From Thalia democratica (Eukaryota): a DNA stretch of 64,000 nucleotides. The stretch is taken from NCBI GenBank assembly GCA_965202585.1, contig OZ241831.1, positions 32,116,001-32,180,000 on the forward strand, read 5' to 3'. Shown here one piece after another: positions 40,901 to 53,401 of this stretch. Position 1 is the stretch's first letter; the number at the start of each line of letters is the position of its first letter. The notes under the pieces were generated by a model, which worked only from the letters and a program-made list of their open reading frames with translations, was not told the DNA's origin and ran no database searches. Position numbers and translations under genes: made by a program.

Positions 40901-41723
40901 TAGAGCGCGCGAGATAAAAAGATATAATATTCAAATAAAGAAAATTATAAATAATAGCAATAAGTTTATACCACCGAATGTATGGGCTTATGCGTGGAGC
41001 TTAATGTTCAAATTGATCCAAACTGGAAGTTGTTGTTGCTTGTCTGCTGCAGTATGCGTAGACTTATGAGTATGGCACGTTAACAACTCAAATCAAGTTG
41101 TACGCCCCGTCGACGTTGCTAAAGTAGGTATACAAAATGTATATAGAACAAGATATAAAAACTACGAAGTAATGAAGTTAAGTACAAAGTAAATGTTTCA
41201 GACAAACAAATACTTGAATAAGAATGTTTTTCCGGAGATCATCTAGCTTTTTCAAGATGGCGACTTACACTCAGAGCGCCAAGAGAAGGTTTTTTCCAGG
41301 AGATCAGCTATCTTTTCCAAGATGGCGGTTTACGCTTCGGACTGGAAACTGGCGTAGTGATGCTTCTTGTTAAGGTCGAAATCCAAATGTTCCGTTTTCT
41401 CGTTCGCTCGGCTGTTTATATACGTCCTTCTTACATAACATCACCTGGTCAAGACATGATTTCATGATGTAACATGCTGATTAAAGCATGAAACCGGCGT
41501 GATCGGTAGTTAATTCTACATGGCAAAAATGCGTCAACTAGCGGTTGTTACTATTTATTCGAAATAATGTTTTTAAAAACCAAAGTAGTGTTTTTATCAT
41601 TTAAAGAATTATTAGTAAAAGAAAAGGATTTAAATATGAAATTACTTATAAACTCGACTTTTGGACTATCGAAGCGAAAATAAAAAAATTTTCACGTCGA
41701 TGTCCAACACCCTGTTTGTACCA
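34964..41723 (+). repeat. Tandem array of three near-identical 2255-bp units
   Basis: Landmarks recur every 2255 bp (ORFs at 36329, 38584, 40839; unit ends gtacca at 37213, 39468, 41723). Only about 4 substitutions between units were noticed. Confidence 0.98.
36062..37199 (-). mobile_element. LTR-like segment (possible solo LTR), repeated at 38317-39454 and 40572-41709
   Basis: GC/CpG-richer than its flanks, TGT...ACA ends, minus-strand TATATAAA (36905-36912) upstream of AATAAA (36234-36239), and an internal direct repeat ttttcc.gagatca...tcaagatggcg. No clean TSD or PBS. Confidence 0.45.
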
Positions 41724-42339
41724 CATAACTTACTGAGCATTTATAAATTTGAAAATAAAGACTTAAAGTTTATAAACACTGCAAAGCAATGCATTACCTT
41801 GACGAAAAATCCGTGCAACTGCCTCAACATCTTTATTTACAGTTGAAGTCGAAGATAAGTTGTTTAGACCGTCTTACTTCTTTTTTTTGCACCTTCCCTT
41901 TACCGCAAGCTATCATCTAATGCAACTTTTTAAACGACATTTGAAATAAAGTATACAACCTAAAAGCAGTGACTTTGTATTAATTTGTTTTTTTAAACCT
42001 TATATTTATCAGCTTAAAAAGCTTTTAAAAATTTTTATAATGTTTTTTTTAGAAATATTTACACATAAAGTAAAATAAGAAATTTGTTTACTACTTTCAG
42101 GGTAAAAAAAAACACGGACACCAACAAAATTGTAACAACTTTGAACGTTTCGTTTATATAATTATATGTGTCGGCCATGGGTTTTGATCTTGCAACGTTC
42201 AACTCATAAAATTTTAAAAACAGACATTAAACCTCTGCACCATCAATTGCAATAATTAATATCAATATGAATAATTTCAATGCAAAAATATTTGAAAAAT
42301 TGCTAAATTTATTACATTTTTAAACGCAAAAACTGCACT

Positions 42340-42412
42340 GGCATCATGACTGAGTGGTTAAGGCGGCATTCTTAGTAATCAGTATATATTTGTGCTAGGG
42401 TCCAAAGTCCGG
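42340..42412 (+). repeat. Degenerate tRNA-derived (SINE-head-like) sequence
   Basis: ggcatcatgactgagtggttaaggcg resembles the tRNA-Ser/Leu A-box region; gggtccaaagtcc is a decayed B box. No intact cloverleaf. Confidence 0.4.
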
Positions 42413-42939
42413 TAACTTCATATTTTATTAATTGTATATAACTATAACTCTTCCAGTAAGTAAGCACATATAATTTAAAAAAATAATAATAAACAGTCTA
42501 TTTAAACTTTTTATCAAAATTACCTCCAAGTTTATTTTTATTTTGATTTAAACTTATTTGAAAACTTTGAAATATAACTTTAATAAAATAAAAATAAACC
42601 TCAAAAGACAAGAAAATTACAGTTGAGGCCAGGGGGTTGAGCACTTCGACTTAAAGAGCAGTAGGTTTTTAATTATTTGTTTAATTTACTTTAGTTTTTG
42701 ATATATGAGGGTAAAAGGTTTAAAAGTTTAAGAGGTTCTTTATAGAAGGACTTAATAACAAACAATCTTAGTACAGAAAGTTTTATAACTTTAAGTTGAA
42801 ATTATTTTTAATAAATAATTACAATTTATCAGCATTTATAATCTTAAACTATTTAAAGTATTATCAAATTAAGGTTTGAGCAACTAATTTCACACTTAAA
42901 ATTTTGTGGGCAAATTTTGGTTTTACCGCATAAAATACC

Positions 42940-43101
42940 CACTAAATTTTTAAATATTTATCTATTATATTTAAAGGCTTTCTTTAAGAAGTACGCATCC
43001 GTGTAAGGTACGTATTCGCATAAGTTACACACTAAATTTTCAAAAAATTTATCTTTTATATTTAAAGGCTTTCTTTAAGAAGTACGGATCCGTGTAAGGT
43101 A
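42940..43101 (+). repeat. About 90-bp period direct repeat (2 copies)
   Basis: cactaaatttt...tatatttaaaggctttctttaagaagtacg.atccgtgtaaggta at 42940 and 43030. Confidence 0.9.
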
Positions 43102-44230
43102 AGAATATTTTTTTTACTATAATACTAAATAATTATTGTTATTATGTGACAAATCAGAATTCCGGTTGTTTAAACAATGTTTTAGATTCAAAACAAAGTT
43201 AGAAAACAATTAGAGACCTGAGTTACCCTGTGATCTTTATTTTATACATTTTTCCTGAACTTAATTAAAACTAACTACAACCGTAGATATTTTAAGCTAA
43301 TACTTCAAAAACTATAACTTTATCTCAATGAATAACTGACCTTTAACTAACCAAAAATTAACTCAACCTTTTCGATTCCAAAACTAAGTGTGTTTAACAA
43401 AAAGTATTAAAAGCTTATTCGTTTAAGTGTCTTTAACACATTTGTATGAGTGATTTTCTCCATCCAGAAATGAATAAATTGTTGTGCATTCATAGTTAAC
43501 TAATATTCTAAAGTAAATTAATAGTCATTTAAATTTTAATTGTGTTTGGATAAAACGTTATTAAGGGCATAGAAAAGGGGTAAATCACTTAATATATTAA
43601 TGTATATAGTTTTACATACATAAGGTGGCCACAGGTTTGGAAATTTTCTTTAGGTTTTCAAAATTTTGTTCACAGGTTTATCAGAATTTCTTCCAAGTTG
43701 TGAAAAGTATGATTTATATATTGTCTCAATTTGAAAATGTTTTGCAATCTTACTCCTAATCAAGACACTAATGGCATTCACTAATGGACTTAATTATGAG
43801 CATGATACAAAGTGTGTTGACACATCTTTTATCATAATTTGTTTAAATTATTTTTCTATAAATATACTATCTTCAAGTTGTTTTTAATATTTAAAAAAAA
43901 TTCCGAAAAATTTATGTAAATTTCTTTTAACTGAAGGAATAAAATATTTTTAGTGATCTTTTCTTTGGTCTTACTTTTTTTCTAAGTTTTAACATAAAAG
44001 TATATTCACTATTGAATTTTATATAATTTTTTAATTAAAAGTACGTTCCTTTTAATTATTTGTTTTAAGATTTACGTAAGTATTAATGGTTTTTTATTAG
44101 TATTTGGTAAAAAAAATCACTTATACTTAGCGGTTTGTATTTAATAAACAGATAAATATATATTCAATATATTGAATAAGGTAATTATTCTTAATATAAG
44201 AAAGACAGGGCTATATTTAGGTAAATTAAT

Positions 44231-45147
44231 ATGTCTGAATTGGAAATAAAAAGTATCATTGAAAACTGCAAAGTTAGTAAAGCAACAAAGGAAAGTTTGC
44301 TGCAACTAGGAAGAAAAAATTATGCAAAATTTCAATCAATGGAAAAAGAAATCCATAACTTGAAAAGTCAGTATGAAACTAAAATCAAGGAACTTGAAAT
44401 CAGTATCCAGAATACACAAAAAACTCATGAGGAGGTCTACAAGAAACAAACTACAAAAAAGTCTCTTGATTACAAAATCAGTTCACTAAATGAAAGTTTT
44501 ATGAAATTTAAAACAGAGTTCTGCAAAAAGTTTGATAATTTTGAAAAGAAACTTTCAATGTATGCAGAAGCATCAACAAACTCCTTTCAAAAACAACCAG
44601 ACTTTATTAGTAACATTGACAGTAAATTATCACTAGTAACACATCAAATAAATGCTGAAACTGAAAGGAAATTGAAAGAAAAAAAGCTTCAAATGTTATA
44701 GTATTTAATATTCCCAAAAACATTAGCAATACATCAGTTTATACGGTAGAAAATGCAAAAAATGACCTCAATAAAATACAAAGTTCTCTAGGTTCCAACA
44801 AGATAGCTGAAACTGAATTAAATACGTTATACCGTATTGGTAAATACAACTGAAATAAAACGAGACCAATAATTTTGAAACTACTGACACAATCTAGCAG
44901 AAAACGACTATTGAGTCTAAGAAACTTTAAAATACAGCATCTGGGAAAACAAATTAGTATCTACATTAATATTGATCGAACAAAATCAGAGATGGAACAT
45001 TTTAGAAAATTAAGATTTGAACTAAAACAAAAACAAGCAGAAGCTGAAAGTAAAAATTTGAACATAAGATACGCTATAAAACAAAACAAAATAGTTGAAA
45101 GTACTCAACTGCCCTTTCGGTTTAATGCCCAGGATCTCTGGGCCTAA
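44231..45147 (+). pseudogene. LINE ORF1 (frameshifted)
   Basis: ORFs 44231-44701 and 44875-45147 are joined by a frameshifted segment (KKASNVIVFNIP...RIGKYN*NKTRPIILKLL). Confidence 0.75.
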
Positions 45148-45200
45148 TAAGTCAAGCTTCAACACTGACATGCACCTTAAATCATCTAGTTTAATCTTTA

Positions 45201-47770
45201 ATGGTTCTAATACGAAGGCCTCAGGCACTGTTTTTTTCTAATAGTTTAACCTCTAGTAGAGATTTATTTTTAATTGTTTCATATACAAATATAAGATCTA
45301 TTTTAAACAAGATAAGCTTCATTGAATGTTATATGTGTACACAAAATTTATATTTATTTTTTTTAAGTGAAACATGGTTAAATTCAAATGTTATTGATTC
45401 AAATTTTTGTCCTCTAGGGTATAATATAATCCGTAATGACAGAATAGGCAGGGGAGGAGGCGTTGCTGTTGTATTTAAAAACTTTTTAAAATTAATTGAA
45501 GTAAAAACTAATTTTGTTTCATCTGATGGTTTGGAATTTTTATGTTTTGATTTGATTCTTAAAGGACTCAAATTGAGATTTTTATGTGTCTACATCCCTT
45601 CAAGTTCTTCTAAATCTCTAGCTGTTGTTTCAAACATGATCGACTTAATCAGAAACCTTATTCCAAAACAGTCTCCTTTTTACATTTTAGGTGACTTTAA
45701 TTTGCCAAATACAGACTGGAATATCCCAAGCACAACCTACAATGACTGTCACAAATGTTTTATTAAATTTTGTTCGGATAATCTCCTTACACAACTTATT
45801 GACTCACCTACCCATAAGAACGGTAATATCCTCGATTTACTGCTTTGTAATTATATGGCGTTAGATAGAGTTAAGTTTCATTTGGTTGATTCACCTTTAA
45901 CAAATATAAATAATCACATGTTATTTTGTTTGGGATAAGTGTTCACAAAAGTAAAAAAAACATCTCCTAAATCACTCTATCCAGATTTTCGTAGAGCAAA
46001 TTTTGAGAATATTAATAAATTTTTATCAAAAATAAATTGGAAAGTTCTTTTTCATAACTCAAAAAATCTACAAATGTTTTATGATAAATTTATCAAAACA
46101 ATAAACTTTTCAATCAAACAATTTGTGCCTTTAATTAAGCAAGACAGAAAAATGAAAACATATCCTTCTGATATAAAAAAGCTGTTAAGAGAAAAACTAA
46201 AACTCTACCAACAATGTAAGCTAGATAAGCAGATGATACAAAAATACAAAACTGTATCAAAAAAATATGAAAAAGCAGTGAAAGTGTTCAATATAGAACA
46301 TGAAAAACGTTTTTGCCAAAACACAAACTCAAAAACGTTCTACAGCTATGTAAAATCAAAGCTCAAGTTAACACCTTCTTTACCTGTATTAATTAATGAA
46401 AATAATTTTCCAATAATATCAGAACTTGATAAAGCCTCTTTTTTTAACAGGTCCTTTCAAAAGGTATTTATTAAAGATTGTGATGACAAAAATTTTTAAC
46501 TTGTTAGTAAAAAGTGTTTGGAAATGAAAAACTTCTTCATAAGCAATGATGAAATAATTAAGTCTGTTAATCATTTAAAAGATAAAATAATCAGAACGCC
46601 TAAAAACATTCCTTCATATTTTATTAAACGTACTATTTATTCCCTAATTCTTTCAATTTCACTAATTTTTAATTGTTCTATAGCTACATCCTCTGTACTA
46701 AACCAGTGGAAAGTCTCATATGTCATACCAGTGCACAAAAAAGGTAGTAAATACAACCCTTTAAAATACAGACCCATTTCTTTGACAAGCAGTTTTTGTA
46801 GAATTTTCGAACATATAATTTCTCTAAAAATACTTGATCATTTTTTTTTAGTAAGCTAATTTCACATAAACAGTTTGGTTTTCTACCTAATCGGTCATCT
46901 AGTTATCAACTGTTGAATTGCTTACACTCATGGTTGGTTTCATTTCTAAGCAATAAGTCAACTAAAGTTATTTACACAGACATTCAAAAGGTTTTTGACT
47001 CTGTATCCCATTTTAAACTAATAAAGACTTTAACTCAATACAAAATTCATAAAAGTTTAGTTAGCTGGTTCAAAGAGTTTCTTGAAAACAGAACCCAAAA
47101 AGTAGTTATTGGTAACAATTTTTCAGAGTTTTTACCTGTTTTCAGTGGAGTGCCTCAAGGAGGGGTTATTGGCCCACTTTTATTTATAATTTATATCAAT
47201 GATATAGCTTTAGAAGTAGATGTTGATAGCAACATAAATCTCTTTGCAGACAATACAAAAAATTTTAGCCATTCTAACACAATTCTACAAAAATCTTTTG
47301 ATAAAATTTATCATTGGCTAAAAGAAAGAAAACTAGTTTTAAATCCTAGTAAATGTCAGGTTGTAAACATTCAAAAAAATACATCTAGTATCACTTCTGA
47401 ATTTAGAATAAACAACATAAGGTTACCTTCAACTAAAGTGTTTAAAGATCTGGGAATTTTTATTGCTGAAAACCTAAAATGGAACCACCATATCAATTAC
47501 GTTTATCAAATTGCATCAACTATTTCTTTTCAAGTTTTAAAGAATTTTAAATCTACAGATATAAACATTCTAAAAAAAATTTATCTCGTTTACATTCGTC
47601 CTAAGTTAGAATACAACACACCAATTTGGTCTCCATACCTGAAGAAAGATATTAACCATCTTGAATCCATTCAAAGAAAATGTACAAGAATAGTCTTCAA
47701 CCGTTGCAACATTTCATACACATCTTATTTTGATAGACTCTCAATTCTTGGTATTAAGTCTTTAGACTAT
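45201..47770 (+). pseudogene. LINE ORF2: endonuclease plus reverse transcriptase, interrupted
   Basis: Four consecutive ORF pieces (45201, 45939, 46518, 46913). The catalytic YADD motif reads FADN. Confidence 0.92.
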
Positions 47771-50700
47771 TTAAACTGTTTTTATATAAAAATGACCCAT
47801 GTACGTTTTACTAAAATTATCATTACTCGGAAATGAAATCCCTTATATTTTTTTTATCGACTTTAAATCTTACTAAGAAATCAGAATGTAATTTAATGAA
47901 AGTTTTAATGATTTAAACTTACCAATACAGGCGCATTACTTTAATTCATTTTTCTAAAGACAGAATATAACACAAGACTACATACAAAATTAAGCTGAGT
48001 ATTTTAATAATTAAAAAACGAGTTGAAAGACATACTTAAAATGACTATTTAAAGCTTTAAAAAAAGTTGTTTTTTTTTATCAAATTGAATGTCTTAATAA
48101 ACGACGAAAGCTTTACAGAGCTTTGTTAGGTGTATTTAATTTAGGCAGTTTACTTTAAAGCTTTTTCTAGAGCGTTTTTGAAGATAAATTGTCAGGTACA
48201 AAATTATTGAGCTTAGGAATTTTTTTACACCCTCTTAGCAGTTTGAATATATTTACAAAAAAAAATTACAATTTAGTTTAAAAAATTTGTTTTTTAGTTT
48301 TCTTATAACCTTTCTAAACTAAACTGTCCTATAAAATGTTTGATTTTTCTTAGAAGTACGACCTAAAGTAACATTTTATAAGTAATTTAAAAATCAAAGT
48401 AGTTTAAAAATTACCTGGACAAGACTTTAAAAATTATCCGTGTTGTGCGACTCGATAACCGAAAGGCTCTTCGTTCACTATGGTTTTAGGACCAAATACT
48501 TTGAGCTTTTTTGTCTTTCAATAAAATATAATTTTACTAAAAAATTAAAGTTTTCAATTTTAAAGGCTGCTGTGCTGGCTTTTGATCAATTTTCAGCACC
48601 TAAATTTTCATAAAACTTGTAACATTACTACTACTAGAGCAAAAGTTATTAAGATTTAATTACTAGCTTTTCAGAAAAAACTTTCTATGATAATTTATTA
48701 ACTTCAAAGAATTTCATTTTCACAAACTACAAAGCAAAATTAATCTAAGCTGTATTTGAATAGTTTCTGTGTTTTTAGAGATCGTAGTTATGTTTTATCA
48801 AATATTTATTACTTAATTACGCGTATAAGTAGTAGAGTAAATTTTTAAACTGTAGTTAAATTTGAAATAACTAATAAAAATAAAAGTTAAAATATTATAA
48901 AAATACATTAAAAAATATTTTAAAAGATATTAAAAAAACCAACGCCATCAAACCGTACTGTTTTGATAGCGTTAGATAAAAAACATCACACCAAGTTGTT
49001 TTGAATCAAGTTTTTTTCTGAAAAGAGTTATTGCATTTGCTATTTGTAATATGGTTTTAGTTAAATTAAAAGGTTAAGTCAGGTAAGTGTCAATCTAGGA
49101 TGTTCTGTACAATAAACGGTAGACTCTAAAAACTAAAATGTATTTATAAAAAAAGACTGTATGTTTATAATTTTCTAACTTTTGCTTCCTCAAAAACAAA
49201 ACTGTTTGCACTAAAAGGCTTCAAAGATTTAAAGTGTAACATTTATTGAATTAAACTAAATAAATACTAAGTTACGATAATAAAGCGTTTGTAAGTGAAT
49301 TAAATAAAATCTAAAAACTCAAAACATCAAAATTTACTACCCGTATTCCGTACTGTCTTAAGTTTAGAACACAAAAATACTTACTTATTTAAGCTCACAA
49401 TTTCTAACAGCTGCTTTTTATAACTTTTAGTATCTAAAGCTTTGTACAAGTACAAGAAGTTTAATACGATGCATTTTTTTTATTAAAAAAAAAAGAAGTA
49501 ATACACATAGTTTGCTTGTATTTTGTATAAATTTTGAGCATGCTTTAATAGTTTCTCAATAGCAGAATGCAAGAACTGAATTTAAATACTTTTCACTTAG
49601 TAAGTAGCTCTTACTGATTAAGTAGACGGTACGGTACAGTAGTACGTTTTATAGAAAGCGACCTAGGATACAATATTTAAGCGCTTATTTTGTCGTCCAA
49701 CTAACTATACTAGTTTTATTATTCAAATTTTTAGGAAATCTAAACATAAACTCTAAATTAATGTTTTAAACTTTATATTGATTTATGTTTTAATTTTTTG
49801 ATAAAAATTAGTATTACAACAGTTTTTATATGAACTTTATACATATTAAATACTTGATAAAATATTTAAATTACTCACTAAGAATAACTTAAAAAATTTT
49901 GGGCATACTCGGTTGTGAAAAGTATTCTTAAACAAACAAAAAGGTATTCGTGGTGTGCGACTTAATAACCGATAATATAACAACCGGTATAGAACCAAAT
50001 ATTTTAAATAGTTTTTTTCTAATTTCAATAAACTATTTACTTGCATTTTTTTTAAAACCGGAGAATATGGCTTTTTCACTAACGCGACCAGCAAAAAATG
50101 TGTAGAATTACAATTCTGATGCAACATTGTATTACAAGTTTGAATAATACTACCATGCTACAGTATTACATAATTCAGTAAAGAATTGTTGGAATTTGAA
50201 AAGAAGATTGTTGCATTTATTCACAAAGAATTTTTTATGCTGATACTTCAGGTTTTGTGATAGTTATATTTATATATGATGAAAAAGTTTTTTTTAGATG
50301 GTGAAAAACATTAAACTCTAATTCTTCATAATCTATTACAACATTATATGTAGTAGATTTTTGCACACTTGGCAGTGTGTTTTTTAAATTTTAAATTTAA
50401 TTTTTTTTTGTAGTTTCATAGAAATGACCTACATTTCTAACATATTATTTTAGTTACATATTTTAATTTAGACACTTATTTTTTCATATATAAGCCTTTT
50501 TTATCCTCTTTAGAACATGTATGCTAGAAATAATAAATAAAATTTCAACTATTTTATTTCTTATCACCACAAGATTACTACAATTTTTATGTATTTTTTG
50601 CATTTAAACTATTACAGAGTTGTCAAAAAACCTGTAAACCCAGAATAAGCTGAAATTTTAGAAATTCTGAAAAAAAATCTGGAATTTTGAACAAAATCAC

Positions 50701-50953
50701 CAAAAAAATTTGAAAAACCTGATTTCTGGTAATTACCTAGGGTGATGTTGCACCAATATCAAGCTGAAATTATATTTTACTTGATGTGTTTTTTAACCAC
50801 AATTCTAGGCTAAAAATTAAGAGTTTTAAGCCTACTAAGTTTAGTCTAGAAAGATACTTTGTTTTAAACAAGCTTTATAAATACATAAATAGAATTAAAC
50901 TAATTAATTTATTATAAACTAATAAAACTTAATAATTTAATTACTTTATTTTT

Positions 50954-51375
50954 CAGGGTTGCCACTTTACCTGGAAACCTTGAAGAACCTGGAATTTGAA
51001 AATTTAGGCAAAAATAACCTGGAAAAACTTAGAATTTGAGAAATTTTGAAAAAAACCTGGAAAAACCTGGAATTTTGATCAAAAAACCTGGAATTTTTAT
51101 TAATTTTAACATTTTCAGTACTAAAATATCAGTTTGACACAAAAAATCTATCATATAAATATGATTTTTTTTGTCATCATCAAAAAAGTTTTACTAAAAA
51201 ACACTTTTAAAGTAACTTTACAGCATCTTTTAAATGCTTTTGTACTATTTAATACAGTTTCTTTTATAGAAATTAACATATAACTAAAAATAGACCCAAA
51301 ATATTTTCTTTTAAAAACCTGGAAGAAATTTGGAAAACCTGGAAAATTTTTTTGAAAAAACGAGTGGCAACCCTG
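50954..51375 (+). mobile_element. MITE of the CAGGGTTGCCAC family
   Basis: TIRs cagggttgccact / agtggcaaccctg with many internal aaaacctggaa motifs. TSD not clean in this copy. Confidence 0.85.
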
Positions 51376-51604
51376 TAATTTTGATGTACTGTAGTCAATA
51401 TAATATATTGTATTGATATAATCAGTTTATATAGTAAAATGAAAGCAATTAAATGTTTAAGTTTTTTTTAATGATAAATAAGTTTTATTTTATTTTCTAT
51501 GTGTTTATAACATTTGATTTTTAACCATAAAATGTTGTTGAAATAGACCTGGAATAAAATAAAAATTCAGTTCGATATTGGTGCAACATCATGCTAGGTA
51601 ATTA

Positions 51605-52013
51605 CAGGGTTGCCACTTTACCTAGAAACCTGGAAAAACCTGGAATTTGACAATTTAGGCAAAAAAGAAGTGGAAAAATCTGAAATATGAGAAATTTTGA
51701 AAAAAACCTGGAATTACCTATAATTTTCACAATTTTCACATGTTTAGTAGTAAATACATGTTTAGTGTATTTGACTCAAAAAATCTATCAAATAAATGAA
51801 AAAAAATTGTTACTGTCAAAAATTTTTCTATTAAAAAACATATTTAAAGTAGCTTTACATTATCTTTTCAATGTTTTTATACAATTTAACACTTTTTTTT
51901 TTCCTTTAACTTAAGTCTAAACTTTAAATAGACCCAAAAATGTGTACTTTAAAAAACATGGAAGAAATTTAAAAAACCTGGAAAAAATTTTGAAAAAATG
52001 AGTGGCAACTCTG
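51605..52013 (+). mobile_element. MITE of the CAGGGTTGCCAC family, 6-bp TSD taatta
   Basis: taatta|cagggttgccac ... gtggcaactctg|taatta. Confidence 0.85.
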
Positions 52014-53031
52014 TAATTACTAATTTTATTTATGTCTTTTTAAAATATATGTATAAAATATATGAAAAAAAAATATATAAAAATTTTAAGTTTTATATTA
52101 TGGTAAAAAGATGTCCAATAAGATATAATTTCAGCTTGATATTGGTGCATCATCATCCTAGGTAATTACCAAATTTTTTACATTTTAAGAAGTAAACTTT
52201 ATATTATCTTTTCAATGTTTTTATACAATTTAACACTTTTTTTTTCCTTTAACTTAAGTCTAAACTTTAAATAGACCCAAAAATGTGTACTTTAAAAAAC
52301 ATGGAAGAAATTTAAAAAACCTGGAAAAAATTTTGAAAAAATGAGTGGCAACTCTGTAATTACTAATTTTATTTATGTCTTTATAAAATATATGAAAAAA
52401 AAAATATAAAAATTTTAAGTTTTATATTATGGTTAAAAGATGTCCAATAAGATATAATTTCAGCTTGATATTGGTGCAACATCATCCTAGGTAATTACCA
52501 AATTTTTAACATTTTAAGAAGTAAAGTTAAGATTTAAAAAGAAGTAAAGTTTTAAGAAGTAAAGTTAAGATTTGACACAAAAAATCTATCATATCGATAA
52601 GATTTTTTTTATCAACAATTTTTTCTATATTAAAAAACACATTTAAATTAGCTATATAGTATCTTTTCAATGTTTATATGTAAAAAACACATTTTCTTAC
52701 CTAAAACTTAACTTAAAACTTAAAATAGACCCAAAAATGTGTACTTTTAAAAACCTAGAGGAAATTTTGAAAACCTAGAGAAAAATTTGCCACAAACATT
52801 TGGCAACCAGGTATTTGTTTTATTTTATTTAATCTTCTTAAATAAGTAGCCTGATGGGTAGGGGCCCAAATGCTAACTTAATAAACTTTCTGAGGTGAAC
52901 ATTGCAAGATCAAAGCCTAGTGGTTAACACATATACCATTAGGGTAATTTAAGTTAGTTTTGTAGCAGTAAGATTTCAACTATAACCTAGAAATTATTTC
53001 TATGACTGGTGAAATAATTTAAAAACAAATA

Positions 53032-53401
53032 CAGGGTTGCAACATTACCTGGAAAAACCCTAAATTTGACAAATTAGGCAAAAAGCCTGAAAAACCTAGA
53101 ATTTTGAACCAAAAACCTGGAATTTTTAACATTTTAACATGTTCAGTAGTAAAATTTTGATTTGACACAAAAAATCTATTGCATAGATAAAATTTTTTTT
53201 GGTGTCATCAAAATTTTTTTTTTAATAAAATTTAAAGCAGCTTTACAGTATCTTATTAATGTTTTTATACAATTTAATACACTTTTCTAACCTTAAACTT
53301 TACTTCAAACTAAAAATAGACCCAAAAGTGTGTACTTGTTAAAACCTTGAAGAAATTCAAAAAACCTGGAAAAGTTTATGAAAAAGCAAGTAGCAACCCT
53401 T
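53032..53401 (+). mobile_element. MITE of the CAGGGTTGCCAC family, 6-bp TSD caaata
   Basis: caaata|cagggttgcaac ... gtagcaaccctt|caaata. Confidence 0.85.

Larger units (their letters stand above)
44231..47770 (+). mobile_element. Decayed CR1/L2-clade LINE retrotransposon with ORF1 and ORF2, 3' truncated
   Basis: ORF1 coiled coil with NVIVFNIP and RPIILKL remnants; AP-endonuclease motifs SETWLN, DRIGRGGGVA, LGDFNLP, PTHKNGNILDLLL; RT motifs YRPISLTS, SGVPQGGVIGPLLFIIYIND, FADN, RPKLEYNTPIWSPY. Multiple stops and frameshifts. Confidence 0.95.
50728..52499. mobile_element. Second TIR element (TIR cctagg.tgatgttgcaccaatatcaagctgaaatt) containing nested MITEs and a 344-bp period duplication
   Basis: Left TIR at 50728-50770; inverted copies end near 51604, 52170 and 52499. 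51859-52197 is duplicated at 52203-52525. Confidence 0.65.

Noticed and set aside
41720-41850. Possible minus-strand exons with gtaatg/gtaagt donors
   Set aside because: They could not be linked to RNF220-like or any other protein; such donors arise by chance in AT-rich DNA.
48420-48500. Integrin alpha FG-GAP call for FGYRVAQHG
   Set aside because: The match is too short, is followed by a stop, and the surrounding residues do not fit.
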